DNA of 64,000 bases from an uncultured Candidatus Rokubacteria bacterium (GCA_963826115.1 CAWGVS010000005.1:32001-96000), one strand, 5' to 3'; shown: positions 28,158 through 36,450, counted from the stretch's first letter. Numbers and translations: made by a program. The notes: generated by a model not told the origin, from the letters alone.

Positions 28158-30029
28158 TCACGGATCCCGCGCGGGCGCGGTCCGCGGCGACCCCGCCCAT
28201 TCCATCCATTCGGCCAGCACGACGAGCGTCCAGATGGCGCGCGCGTGGTCGCCCTGGCGCTTCCGGTGCAAGTCGAGGAGGCGCACCGCCGCGTCGGGAT
28301 CGATCCCCGCCATGCGGAGCCGGCCGTCGCCGAGGCGCGCCGCGGCCCACGCGTGGAGCGGGCCCCGGAGCCAGCGCGCCAGCGGGACCGACAGCCCGCG
28401 CTTCTTGCGGCGGACGATCTTCGACGGGAGGTACCGGAGCGCGAAGCGCTTGAGAAAGACCTTCGTCGTCACGCCCCGCACGCGCTCGGCCGCGGGCAGG
28501 GAGGCGGCGAACTCCATGACGGCCTGGTCGAGGTAGGGCGCGCGGAGCTCGAGCGCCGAGCGCATGCTCGCCCGGTCGGCCTTGGTGAGGAGGCCCTCCG
28601 CGAGCGACGTTTCGAGATCGATCCGCTGGAGGACGTCGAGGACCGCGTCGCCCGGCTCGATTCGCTCGTCCGCCGGTTCTTCCTCGAGACCGAGCCGCCG
28701 CAGGAGCTCGGGCGAGACGCTCGACGTCCAGTGCCGGTGTCGCTCCACCGGACCGAGCTCCGCCGCCGCCACGAAGCGCTTCAGCAGGTAGGACAGGGTC
28801 ACCTTCCGGTCGCTCGGCGGCCACCGCTCGACGACGCCGCGGAGGACGCGGCGCATCGGCCGCGGCAGCCGCGCGTAGCGCTCGGCCATGGCGGCGCCGA
28901 CGTAGGTCGGGTACCCGCCGAAGAGCTCGTCGGCGCCCTCGCCGACCAGCGCCAGCTTGACGTCGCGCGCGGCCCGGCGGGCGAGGAGCGCGGTCGGCAC
29001 CCAGGCGGGGTCGGCGAGCGGCTCGCCGACCAGGCGGATCAGCTCCGGCAGACCGTCCTGGAGCGCCTCCGGCGTCACGGCGACCGGCGTCCAGTCGAGC
29101 CCGAGCTGGCGCGCCACCTCCTCGGCGACGCTCCCCTCGTCGTAGGACGTCTCGCGGAACCGCAGCGTGTAGGCGCGGAGCCGCCGATCCGGCGCGAGGT
29201 CCGTGGCGACCGCCGCGACCAGCGACGAGTCGAGCCCGCCGCTCAGGAAGACCCCGCACTCGACCTCGGCGTCGGACTGGCGGCGGATCGCCTCGCGGAA
29301 CACGTCGTCGAACCCCGCCACCGTCGGCGCCCGCCGGCTCGCCGGCCCGATGGACCAGCGCCAGTACCGCCGGCGGGTCACGCCCTCCCGCTCGACGACG
29401 ACGACCTCGCCCGGCGCGACCTTGCGCACCTCGGCGAACGGCGTCTCGGGCGCCGTGAAGTAGCCGAAGCGGACGTAGCGGCCGAGCGCGCGCCGGTCCG
29501 GCGTGAGCTCGAGGGCGGGGTCGACGGCGAGGGCGGAGATCTCGGTGGCGAAGCGCACCACCCCGTCCCGGTGGTGGTAGAAGAGCGGGCGCTCGCCGGC
29601 GCGGTCGCGGGCGAGGACCAGGCGGTCGCGGCGGGGATCCCAGACGGCGATCGCGAACACGCCCGACAGGCGCTCCACGAACGCGTCCCCCAGCTCGAGG
29701 TAGAGCCCGGGGATCACCGCGACGTCGGTCGCGGCGGCGACGGGGCGCCCGCGCGCCTCGAGCCACGACCGGAGGCTCGCGTGGTTGTCGATCTCCCCGT
29801 TGCAGACCGCCACGATGCCGCTCCCCGACTCCACCATCGGCTGCCGGCCGTCGGCGAGACCGCGGATCGCGAGCCGCGTGGCCCCGAGCACGGCCGCGCC
29901 GGCTCCGTGGAGGCCCGAGTCGTCGGGCCCGCGGTGCGCGAGCGCGTCGATCATCGCGCGGACGTGGAGACCGGCCCACGCGGCGTCGAGCCCGACGCCG
30001 GGAGCCGCGATGCCGCAGACGCCGCACAT
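28158..30029 (-). CDS. asnB: Asparagine synthase (glutamine-hydrolysing) family amidotransferase
   Basis: N-terminal MCGVCG, HRGPD, CNGEI, RDRAGERPL, LSGGLDSS, GEGADELFGGY, KADRASM, ELRAPYLD. Confidence 0.93.
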   Translation of the reverse strand: MCGVCGIAAPGVGLDAAWAGLHVRAMIDALAHRGPDDSGLHGAGAAVLGATRLAIRGLADGRQPMVESGSGIVAVCNGEIDNHASLRSWLEARGRPVAAATDVAVIPGLYLELGDAFVERLSGVFAIAVWDPRRDRLVLARDRAGERPLFYHHRDGVVRFATEISALAVDPALELTPDRRALGRYVRFGYFTAPETPFAEVRKVAPGEVVVVEREGVTRRRYWRWSIGPASRRAPTVAGFDDVFREAIRRQSDAEVECGVFLSGGLDSSLVAAVATDLAPDRRLRAYTLRFRETSYDEGSVAEEVARQLGLDWTPVAVTPEALQDGLPELIRLVGEPLADPAWVPTALLARRAARDVKLALVGEGADELFGGYPTYVGAAMAERYARLPRPMRRVLRGVVERWPPSDRKVTLSYLLKRFVAAAELGPVERHRHWTSSVSPELLRRLGLEEEPADERIEPGDAVLDVLQRIDLETSLAEGLLTKADRASMRSALELRAPYLDQAVMEFAASLPAAERVRGVTTKVFLKRFALRYLPSKIVRRKKRGLSVPLARWLRGPLHAWAAARLGDGRLRMAGIDPDAAVRLLDLHRKRQGDHARAIWTLVVLAEWMEWAGSPRTAPARDP

Positions 30030-30030
30030 C

Positions 30031-31749
30031 CTAGGGCCGTGCCGCCGGCGGGACGAGGGCGCCCCACCAGCCGGGGCGGAGCTCGACCACGGGGACGCCG
30101 CGCGCCCGGCCGATCTCGTCGAGGAGCGCCTTCGCGTGGTCCCTGGTCACGACGTACACGGGGACGGTCTGCCGGGCCAGCCACGGGCCGCGGTCGTCCA
30201 GGCGGACCAGGATGGCGGGCCAGTTGCGGTCGTGCTTCAGGCGATAGCGCACGTAGTTGCTGGTCAGGCCGCCCCGGCCGCGCTGGGTGATGTAGGTCAC
30301 CGGCTGGCCCACGTAGTACGGCAGCCCCACCGCGAAGCATTCGAGGCAGGCCACGATCGTGCCGGGCGGCCGCGGGTCGAGCGCGCGCGCGAGGGCGCGC
30401 GACGAGCTCGCCTCCGCGTAGCGGGCCGCGGTGCCGAAGCCCACCGCCAGGAAGAGGACGGCGGGGAGGACGAACACGCCGAGGGCGAGCCGCGGGTCGC
30501 GCCAGAGCCGCACGGCGAACGCCATGATGGCGATGCCCCCCAGGGCCGCGACCAGGACCCCGATGTCCGGCTGAAGGCGCCCGAACTCGTTGCTCTCGAA
30601 GTCGAGCAGGTCCTGCAGGCGGTCCGGCCCGGCGAGGTTGAGCGACAGCGCGCCGGCGGCGACCGCGCTGAGGAGCGCCAGGCCCACGCTGGCCCGGAGG
30701 ATCAGACGGGTCGCCCGGCCGTCCGGCTGGGTGAGCGCGTGGTCGAAGAGCCGCGCGGTCAGGGCGGCCAGCGCGACGACGCCGGGCAGGATGTAGCCGG
30801 GCCGCTTGCCCTGCGAGGTCGAGAAGAACGCGACGACGACGACCGCCCACACGATCAGGAAGCGATCGACCGGCGTCCAGCGAGCGCGGTTCCGCCACGC
30901 GGCTACCACTGCCTCCGGCAGGAGCGCGCTCCACGGGAAGAAGACGACGAGGAGGATCGGCCCGTAGTAGTAGAACGGCTCGGTCCGGCGGAGCGTGGCC
31001 GTGGCGTACCGGCGCATGGTCTCCTCGACCAGGCCGTAGTGGACGAACTCGGGGTGCTCCCAGACGAGGGCGACGAACCACGGAAGGACGATGGCGAGGA
31101 ACAGAAGGACGTTCACGGGCGCCAGCATCCGGAGGATCGCCCGCGGCCGCCGCTCCACGAGGTGAAGGACCGCGAGGACGACCGCCGGCACCAGGAACCC
31201 CACCGGCCCCTTGATCAGCGTGGCGACGCCGCTCGCGGCGGCGCCGACCAGGAGCCATCGTCGCCGCGAGGCCCCGTCCTCCTCGGCGAGGTACCCCGCC
31301 AGGATGGCGCCGCACACGAACAGCGCGAGCTGCATGTCGAAGATCACCAGCCGCGCGAACCCGACCACGAGCGGCGTGGTCCCGAGGACGAGCACCGTCA
31401 GCGCTGCGACCCGCTCGCCGTACGCCCGCCGGCAGAAGAGGAACATCATGATCGCGAGCGCGGCGGCGCTGACCGCGGAGGGCAGGCGAGCCGTGGCCTC
31501 GGAGCGTCCGAAGGCGCCGAACGAGAGCGCCACCGCCCGGAAGTAGAACGCCGGCTTGTCCAGATAGGGGATCGCGTTGAACGTGGGCACCACCCAGGCG
31601 CCCGACTCCGCCATCTCGCGCGCGACCTCGGCGTTCCGGCCCTCGTCGGGGTCGATCAGCGGTAGCTCGCCCAGGCGGCCGAAGAACATGAACGCCGCCA
31701 CCAGGAACGCCGCCCCGGTGAGGACCCGAGGCTGCCATCTCCGCATCAA
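30031..31749 (-). CDS. ArnT/GT39 4-amino-4-deoxy-L-arabinose transferase-like glycosyltransferase
   Basis: DPDEGRNAEVAREM, YLDKPA, ARLPSA, LIKGPVG, PWF, PFYYY, KRPGYILP. Start TTG 31749 or ATG 31746. Confidence 0.88.
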   Translation of the reverse strand: MMRRWQPRVLTGAAFLVAAFMFFGRLGELPLIDPDEGRNAEVAREMAESGAWVVPTFNAIPYLDKPAFYFRAVALSFGAFGRSEATARLPSAVSAAALAIMMFLFCRRAYGERVAALTVLVLGTTPLVVGFARLVIFDMQLALFVCGAILAGYLAEEDGASRRRWLLVGAAASGVATLIKGPVGFLVPAVVLAVLHLVERRPRAILRMLAPVNVLLFLAIVLPWFVALVWEHPEFVHYGLVEETMRRYATATLRRTEPFYYYGPILLVVFFPWSALLPEAVVAAWRNRARWTPVDRFLIVWAVVVVAFFSTSQGKRPGYILPGVVALAALTARLFDHALTQPDGRATRLILRASVGLALLSAVAAGALSLNLAGPDRLQDLLDFESNEFGRLQPDIGVLVAALGGIAIMAFAVRLWRDPRLALGVFVLPAVLFLAVGFGTAARYAEASSSRALARALDPRPPGTIVACLECFAVGLPYYVGQPVTYITQRGRGGLTSNYVRYRLKHDRNWPAILVRLDDRGPWLARQTVPVYVVTRDHAKALLDEIGRARGVPVVELRPGWWGALVPPAARP

Positions 31750-31860
31750 GACCCTCGCCTTCTTTCCAGGAGGAGTCGCCGGCGGCGGCGCGGCGACGAC
31801 CTGCGCCCCGTTCCGCGAGCGAGCGGGCGCGTCAATTCGGAAGGGGACCTGGCGAGCGTC
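31750..31860 (-). promoter_or_regulatory. Putative anti-SD/SD pairing (translational attenuator) between the RAPP ORF and the ArnT-like gene
   Basis: On the minus strand GACGCTCGCC, directly after the RAPP stop (plus 31851-31860), is 9/10 complementary to GGCGAGGGTC, directly before TTG/ATG (plus 31750-31759). Confidence 0.55.
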
Positions 31861-32154
31861 CTAGGCCGGAGGCGCGCGGGAGCCGAGGGGGTCGCGCGCA
31901 ACGTTCGGGGGGCCGGCGACGTCGGCGGAGGCGAGGCGCTCCCCCGGCGCCGACACGATGAGCCGGAGCTCGCTTCCCGTGGCCGGCACGTCGGCCCACT
32001 GGGACAGGGTCTTCCAGATGAGCCCCACGTCGTCCTCGTCGCCGTCGTAGTGACCGCGCGGGTGGAACTCGGGACCGAGCGCCACGCTGGCGAGCGCGAG
32101 TCCGAGGACGACGAGGAGAACGGCTGAAACGACGCATGCTTCGCCGCGATGCAT
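31861..32154 (-). CDS. Putative ribosome-arrest leader peptide (97 aa): TM/signal, acidic HYDGDEDD motif, C-terminal RAPPA
   Basis: MHRGEACVVSAVLLVVLGLALASVALGPEFHPRGHYDGDEDDVG...DPLGSRAPPA-stop. Extended -10 TGtTAGGAT lies 5 nt before the ATG. Confidence 0.65.
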   Translation of the reverse strand: MHRGEACVVSAVLLVVLGLALASVALGPEFHPRGHYDGDEDDVGLIWKTLSQWADVPATGSELRLIVSAPGERLASADVAGPPNVARDPLGSRAPPA

Positions 32155-32159
32155 GGCCA

Positions 32160-32232
32160 ATCCTAACACGGGGACCGCCGCTCCCGTTGCTTGCCCGCCG
32201 CGTTGTGAAGCGACCCGCGGCGGTGCTATGGT
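32160..32232. promoter_or_regulatory. Divergent extended -10 promoters for the two RAPP ORFs (leaderless)
   Basis: Minus: TG-T-TAGGAT (32168-32160), 5 nt, ATG 32154. Plus: TG-C-TATGGT (32224-32232), 6 nt, GTG 32239, with TTGTGA at 32203-32208. Confidence 0.5.
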
Positions 32233-32238
32233 GGCGCC

Positions 32239-32799
32239 GTGCGGCTCCGTGTGATCCGGCTCACGCTCGCGCTCTCCCTGACTCTCGCCGCGGCGCCTGT
32301 CTGGGCGCACGGGATCAACGGGCCCCTCGCCCTCGACGATCTTCGCGAGCCCACCGTCGCCGTCGTGGGCCCGAGCGCGGAGCCCGCGCGCGCGCCGGAC
32401 GCCGCTATGCCGGCCCACCTCACCGCGGCGCCACGCGGGCGCCTCGCCGGCGGCGACGGCCTCGCGGCGGCCGCGGGCGTCCTGATCGCGGCGGCGGGAC
32501 TCGTGGGCCTCACGCGCGGCTGGCGGCGAGACCCGCGGCGGGCGATGGCGACGGCCACGGCCGCCCTGGTCCTGGGGTTCGTCGTCGAGACCACGCCGCA
32601 TCTGGTCCACCACAGCCTGGATCCCGACAAGGGCGCCGGCTGCCAGGTGCTCCAGACTGTCGAGCGCAGCCAGGCCGCGCTCGGCACGCCCGACGTCGTC
32701 CCCGCCGAGACGCCGAGTCGCCTGGTCGAGACGCCGCCCCGCGAGACGGCGCCGACCCTCGCCGCGCCCGCGGCTGTCGGTCGCGCTCCGCCCGCCTAG
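32239..32799 (+). CDS. Putative copper-responsive ribosome-arrest leader protein (CutF/CruR/DUF2946-like), C-terminal RAPPA
   Basis: Signal peptide ending VWA-H, two hydrophobic segments, PHLVHH..GC motif, Pro/Ala linker, GRAPPA-stop. Lies directly upstream of copCD. Confidence 0.7.
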   Translation: MRLRVIRLTLALSLTLAAAPVWAHGINGPLALDDLREPTVAVVGPSAEPARAPDAAMPAHLTAAPRGRLAGGDGLAAAAGVLIAAAGLVGLTRGWRRDPRRAMATATAALVLGFVVETTPHLVHHSLDPDKGAGCQVLQTVERSQAALGTPDVVPAETPSRLVETPPRETAPTLAAPAAVGRAPPA

Positions 32800-32801
32800 C
32801 C

Positions 32802-32890
32802 CGCTCCTCCTTCTCGCAGTTTCCATCGTCGCGCGACCGCGCGGGACCGTTCCGCGCTCGCGCAGAATCGTCGAGATTCACGAAGGAGCG
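32802..32890 (+). promoter_or_regulatory. Putative anti-SD/SD structure controlling copCD translation
   Basis: CGCTCCT (32802-32808) and CTCCTTC (32807-32813) just after the RAPP stop complement GAAGGAGCG (32882-32890). An inner GC hairpin lies at about 32831-32863. Confidence 0.55.
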
Positions 32891-32894
32891 ATCC

Positions 32895-34880
32895 ATGGAG
32901 CGCCCGGGGCCGGACTTCCGGCCGCCGCCACCCGTGCCGGGCAGTGCCGCGTCGCCGCCTTTCCGACGTGCACGTGCCACGTCATCCGTCACGCGGCGCG
33001 GGCTCGTGGCGGCGGTGGTCGCCGTCGCCTGGGCCCTGCCTGCGACGCCCGCGGGGGCGCACGCCGTCCCGGCCGCGATGGAGCCGCCACCGAACGCGCG
33101 TCTGGACCGCGCGCCCGGCGAGGTGGTCATCCGCTTCACCGAGCGCGTCGAGGCGCGTCCCAGCAGCCTGGAGGTGCTCGACGCGCGCGGCCAGCGTGTC
33201 GAGCAGGGCGCCGCCGCCGTGGTCCCTGGCGATCCCTGGCGGTATCGCGTCGCGCTCCCGGCGCTGCCCGACGGCGTGTACACGGTGGCCTGGCGCGTGC
33301 TCTCCGCCGACGACGGCCACGTCACCAGCGGCGCCCACGTCTTCACGGTGGGCGCCGCCGGGGCGCCGGGCGGCGAATCTGCGCCCACCCTCCGGAGCGG
33401 AGTGGGAGGGAGGCCGTTCGCGCGGTGGCTGGTCGGGCTCGGCGGGGCGCTGCTCCTCGGCGCCCTCGTCGCCGGACCGCTCCTGGGCCTCGGGGGGCTC
33501 GGTGGAATGATCGTCCTGGGAGGGATCGCGGTGGCCGCGGGGGCCACGCTCGACCTCGCGCTCCAGGCGCGAGACCTGGCTGGCGAGCGCCCGCTGGCCG
33601 GCGTCCTCGCAGCGCTCCTGCTCAGCCCGCCCGGCTACGCCGGCCTCGCTCGCATCGGTCTCGTCGCGCTCCTGCTCGGCCTCCTCGGCCTGCGTGGCTC
33701 GCGGGCGCGAGCCGGCGATGGCCGAGCGCGGGTCGGTGCCCTCGTCGCGATGGCCATCGTGGCGACGGGCGGCCTCGTGAGCCACGGCGCGGCCGCGGCC
33801 GAGGGGCGAGCGCTCGCGCTCGGCGCCGAGGCGCTCCACCTCCTCGCGATGGCGTCGTGGGTCGGCGGGCTCCTCTGCTTCGCGACGGTCTACTGGCGCG
33901 CGGGCGCCGCGGGGACGGCCGATCCGGAGACCGAGCGCCTCGTCGTGGCGATCCCGACCTTCTCCCGGCTCGCGGTGTTCGCGGTCGCGATCATCGGGGT
34001 GAGCGGTCTCCTCCTCGCGCGCCTTCACCTCTCGGCGTGGAGCGAGCTCCTCGACACCACGTACGGCCGGTGGGTCGGGGCCAAGGTCGCGGTCTTCCTG
34101 GCGATGATGGGGCTCGGCGCGTGGCACCAGTGGGGCGTCGAGTCGCGGCTCCGGCGCGCGCTGGCTCGCGGCCTCGCGGGGTCGGGCGCGGTGTCGCTCT
34201 TCCGGCGCACGGTCCGGATCGAGGCGGCCCTCGGCCTCGCCGCGCTCGGACTGGCCGGCGCGCTGGGCGTGACGGCGCCGCCCTCGGGGTCGTCATCGGC
34301 GGGGGTGGTGGAGACCCCGGCGGCCGCGCCGGCGGGCTTCACTCACGAGCGCGCCCTCGACGCGGCCCGTATCCGGCTCGAGATCACGCCCGTTCGGCCC
34401 GGGCCGAACGCGATCCGCCTGACGGTCACCGATCCCGCGGGCCGTCCGCTCGCCGACGCCACGGCCGCCCTCGTCCAGGTGACGCCGGCCGACGCCAGCG
34501 TGGGCGCCGTCTCGTTCCAGCTCGATCGCGCGGCGCCGGGCGTCTTCACCGCGCCGTCCGCGGTGTTGGGGTTCGCGGGCCGCTGGAGCGGACGCCTGGT
34601 CGTCCAGCGGACGAACGCCTACGACGTGAACGACCGGTTCGACCTGGTCGTGGCCGAGGGCGTTTCCGACCACGCCCACGTTCATGCCGCCGCGCCCGCC
34701 GTGGCGGCGACCGCCCCGCGCCGCGGGACGCCCTTGGACCGCGCCACCGTCTCGGTCGCCCTGGCGGCCGCGGTCGCCTCACTCGTGCTCTTCCTGCGAA
34801 GCGGCCGTCAGCTTGACGCGGCTCGCCGCCTCGTGTCCGACAACCCACAACCGCCGGCGTCCGCGCCGGCCCGGAGGTGA
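32895..34880 (+). CDS. CopC-CopD fusion copper uptake/resistance protein (YcnJ/CutJ-like) with C-terminal YtkA/FixH-like domain
   Basis: AGA-HA..., YTVAWRVLSADDGHV (CopC); SHG, HLLAMASWVGGL, YGRWVGAK (CopD); ITPVRPGPN domain; DHAHVH near the C-terminus. ATG 32895 follows GAAGGAG. Confidence 0.88.
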   Translation: MERPGPDFRPPPPVPGSAASPPFRRARATSSVTRRGLVAAVVAVAWALPATPAGAHAVPAAMEPPPNARLDRAPGEVVIRFTERVEARPSSLEVLDARGQRVEQGAAAVVPGDPWRYRVALPALPDGVYTVAWRVLSADDGHVTSGAHVFTVGAAGAPGGESAPTLRSGVGGRPFARWLVGLGGALLLGALVAGPLLGLGGLGGMIVLGGIAVAAGATLDLALQARDLAGERPLAGVLAALLLSPPGYAGLARIGLVALLLGLLGLRGSRARAGDGRARVGALVAMAIVATGGLVSHGAAAAEGRALALGAEALHLLAMASWVGGLLCFATVYWRAGAAGTADPETERLVVAIPTFSRLAVFAVAIIGVSGLLLARLHLSAWSELLDTTYGRWVGAKVAVFLAMMGLGAWHQWGVESRLRRALARGLAGSGAVSLFRRTVRIEAALGLAALGLAGALGVTAPPSGSSSAGVVETPAAAPAGFTHERALDAARIRLEITPVRPGPNAIRLTVTDPAGRPLADATAALVQVTPADASVGAVSFQLDRAAPGVFTAPSAVLGFAGRWSGRLVVQRTNAYDVNDRFDLVVAEGVSDHAHVHAAAPAVAATAPRRGTPLDRATVSVALAAAVASLVLFLRSGRQLDAARRLVSDNPQPPASAPARR

Positions 34881-34886
34881 GAAGCC

Positions 34887-35453
34887 ATGCGCGCGATATC
34901 GACGATGACGTGGAGCCTCGCGGCCCTCGTGGCCCTGCTTGGTCTGGCCGGTCCGGCCGCCGCCCACCAGCGGCAGCTACTCCAGGTGGGAGGAACGGAC
35001 TACCTCCTGGTCGTCGGCTCGCTCGACGAGCCTGTGTTCACGGGCGACAAGAGCGGCGTCGACCTGACGGTCCTCGTGCCGGATCCGGGGGCCCCCATGG
35101 ACTCGCGCGCCGAGAAGGCGAAGCCGGTCGAGGGCCTGGAGAAGACGCTGAAGGTGGAGGTCAAGGCCGGCCCGCACGCCCGAGTGTTCGAGTTCGAGCC
35201 CAGGTTCCGGGCGCCGGGCCGGTACGACGCGGTGTTCTTCCCGACCGTGGCCACGACGTACACCTACCGCCTCTTCGGAACGATCAACGGCGCGCCGTTC
35301 GACGTGGCCTTCGTCTGCAACCCCGGCGGCCACATGGCCGGCGAGGACCGGAGCGTGGTGAAGGTGTCCCAGGACGTCACGCGGAAGGGCCTCACCGGAA
35401 GCTTCGGGTGCCCGCGGGCCCGGAGCGAGGCGGAGTTTCCCCCGACGAGGTAG
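34887..35453 (+). CDS. Secreted hypothetical protein with predicted mature N-terminal His, co-transcribed with copCD
   Basis: Signal peptide ...GPAAA-HQ; VVGSLDEP, VEGLEKTLKVEV, PGRYDAVFFPT; GGAGG SD. Confidence 0.75.
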   Translation: MRAISTMTWSLAALVALLGLAGPAAAHQRQLLQVGGTDYLLVVGSLDEPVFTGDKSGVDLTVLVPDPGAPMDSRAEKAKPVEGLEKTLKVEVKAGPHARVFEFEPRFRAPGRYDAVFFPTVATTYTYRLFGTINGAPFDVAFVCNPGGHMAGEDRSVVKVSQDVTRKGLTGSFGCPRARSEAEFPPTR

Positions 35454-35508
35454 CTGGGCCGCGAGCGGCTCCGGCGAAGGTCGATCGGCGACTGCGTCGG
35501 CCCGGAGG

Positions 35509-36450
35509 CTACGGGCCGGGCCGGCGCAGGAGCCGCTCGCGCCGGCCCAGGCGCGTGAGGCGGAGCCACTCGCGGAAGCCCGCGGCGTCGCGGCGAACGA
35601 CCAGGAAGTACCAGCCGAAGGTCGCGAAGTCGAGCCACCCCAGGAGGCGACGCCCCGGCTGGGTGGCCAGGTAGCCGCGGTTCCGGAACGTGTAGTACCG
35701 CTTGCCGGAATCCCCGGGGTCGTGGACGTAGTAGCGGCCGCCGAGGATCGGCCAGGACTCGGACTGACCGCTCGGATGGAGCATCGCCGCGGTCAGGCAC
35801 GTGCCGAAGGCGAGCCCGGACCTGAGCGCCCGGCGGTACACGTCGACCTCGTCGCCCCGCAGGAAGAGCCGGTAGTCGGGCACGCCGAGGACGTCGAGCG
35901 CCTCCGCGCTGAAGAGCGCGCCGTTGAACAGGCACGCGTAGCCGGGCACGAACTCCCGCTCGCTGAGCTGGTCGGGCCGGGCGAGCCAGCGCCGCCCTCG
36001 CCGCATCAAGAAGGACAGCTGCGAGGGGTCGTCCGCGCTGACCACGACCGGGGCCACCATCTGGAGCCCGCGTCGGGCGGCGCAGCCCAGGAGCTCGGTC
36101 AGGCAGCCGTCCGTCGCGGGCCGGCCGTCGTCGTCGGCGAACCAGATCCACGACGCGCCGAGCGCGAGCGCGGTCAGCGCGCCGAGCGCGAATCCGCCGG
36201 CGCTGCCGAGATTCCGCCGCGACGGGACGTACGTGGAGGGTCCGGGATACGCGGCGACGAGCGCCCCGACCGCCTCGTCGGCGTCGTTGTCCACGACCAC
36301 CAGGCGGTCGATCGGGCGCGTCTGGCGGGCCAGAGTCCCGAGGAGCGTCTCGAGGGCGGCCCGGCGCCGCCACGTGACCACGACGGCCGCCACCGACCCC
36401 ACCGGGAGCCCCGGCGTCGCCGCCGAGACCGGCTCGCCGGCCGGCGTCAC
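35509..36450 (-). CDS. GT2 glycosyltransferase (GlfT1 galactofuranosyltransferase-like)
   Basis: AVVVTWRR, VVVDND, NLGSAGGFALG, WFADDDG, LFNGALF, GVPDYRLFLRGDE, YYTFRNRG. Confidence 0.85.
   Translation of the reverse strand: MTPAGEPVSAATPGLPVGSVAAVVVTWRRRAALETLLGTLARQTRPIDRLVVVDNDADEAVGALVAAYPGPSTYVPSRRNLGSAGGFALGALTALALGASWIWFADDDGRPATDGCLTELLGCAARRGLQMVAPVVVSADDPSQLSFLMRRGRRWLARPDQLSEREFVPGYACLFNGALFSAEALDVLGVPDYRLFLRGDEVDVYRRALRSGLAFGTCLTAAMLHPSGQSESWPILGGRYYVHDPGDSGKRYYTFRNRGYLATQPGRRLLGWLDFATFGWYFLVVRRDAAGFREWLRLTRLGRRERLLRRPGP

Noticed and set aside
28158-30029. AsnB as a lasso-peptide cyclase, given NTP_transf_5 genes in the window
   Set aside because: It has an intact N-terminal Cys glutaminase domain, and no B protein, PqqD or precursor peptide is nearby.
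32136-34880. 914-aa CopCD ORF as given in the track
   Set aside because: The first 253 codons are an off-frame read through the RAPP leader. The SD and CopC signal support a start at 32895 or later.
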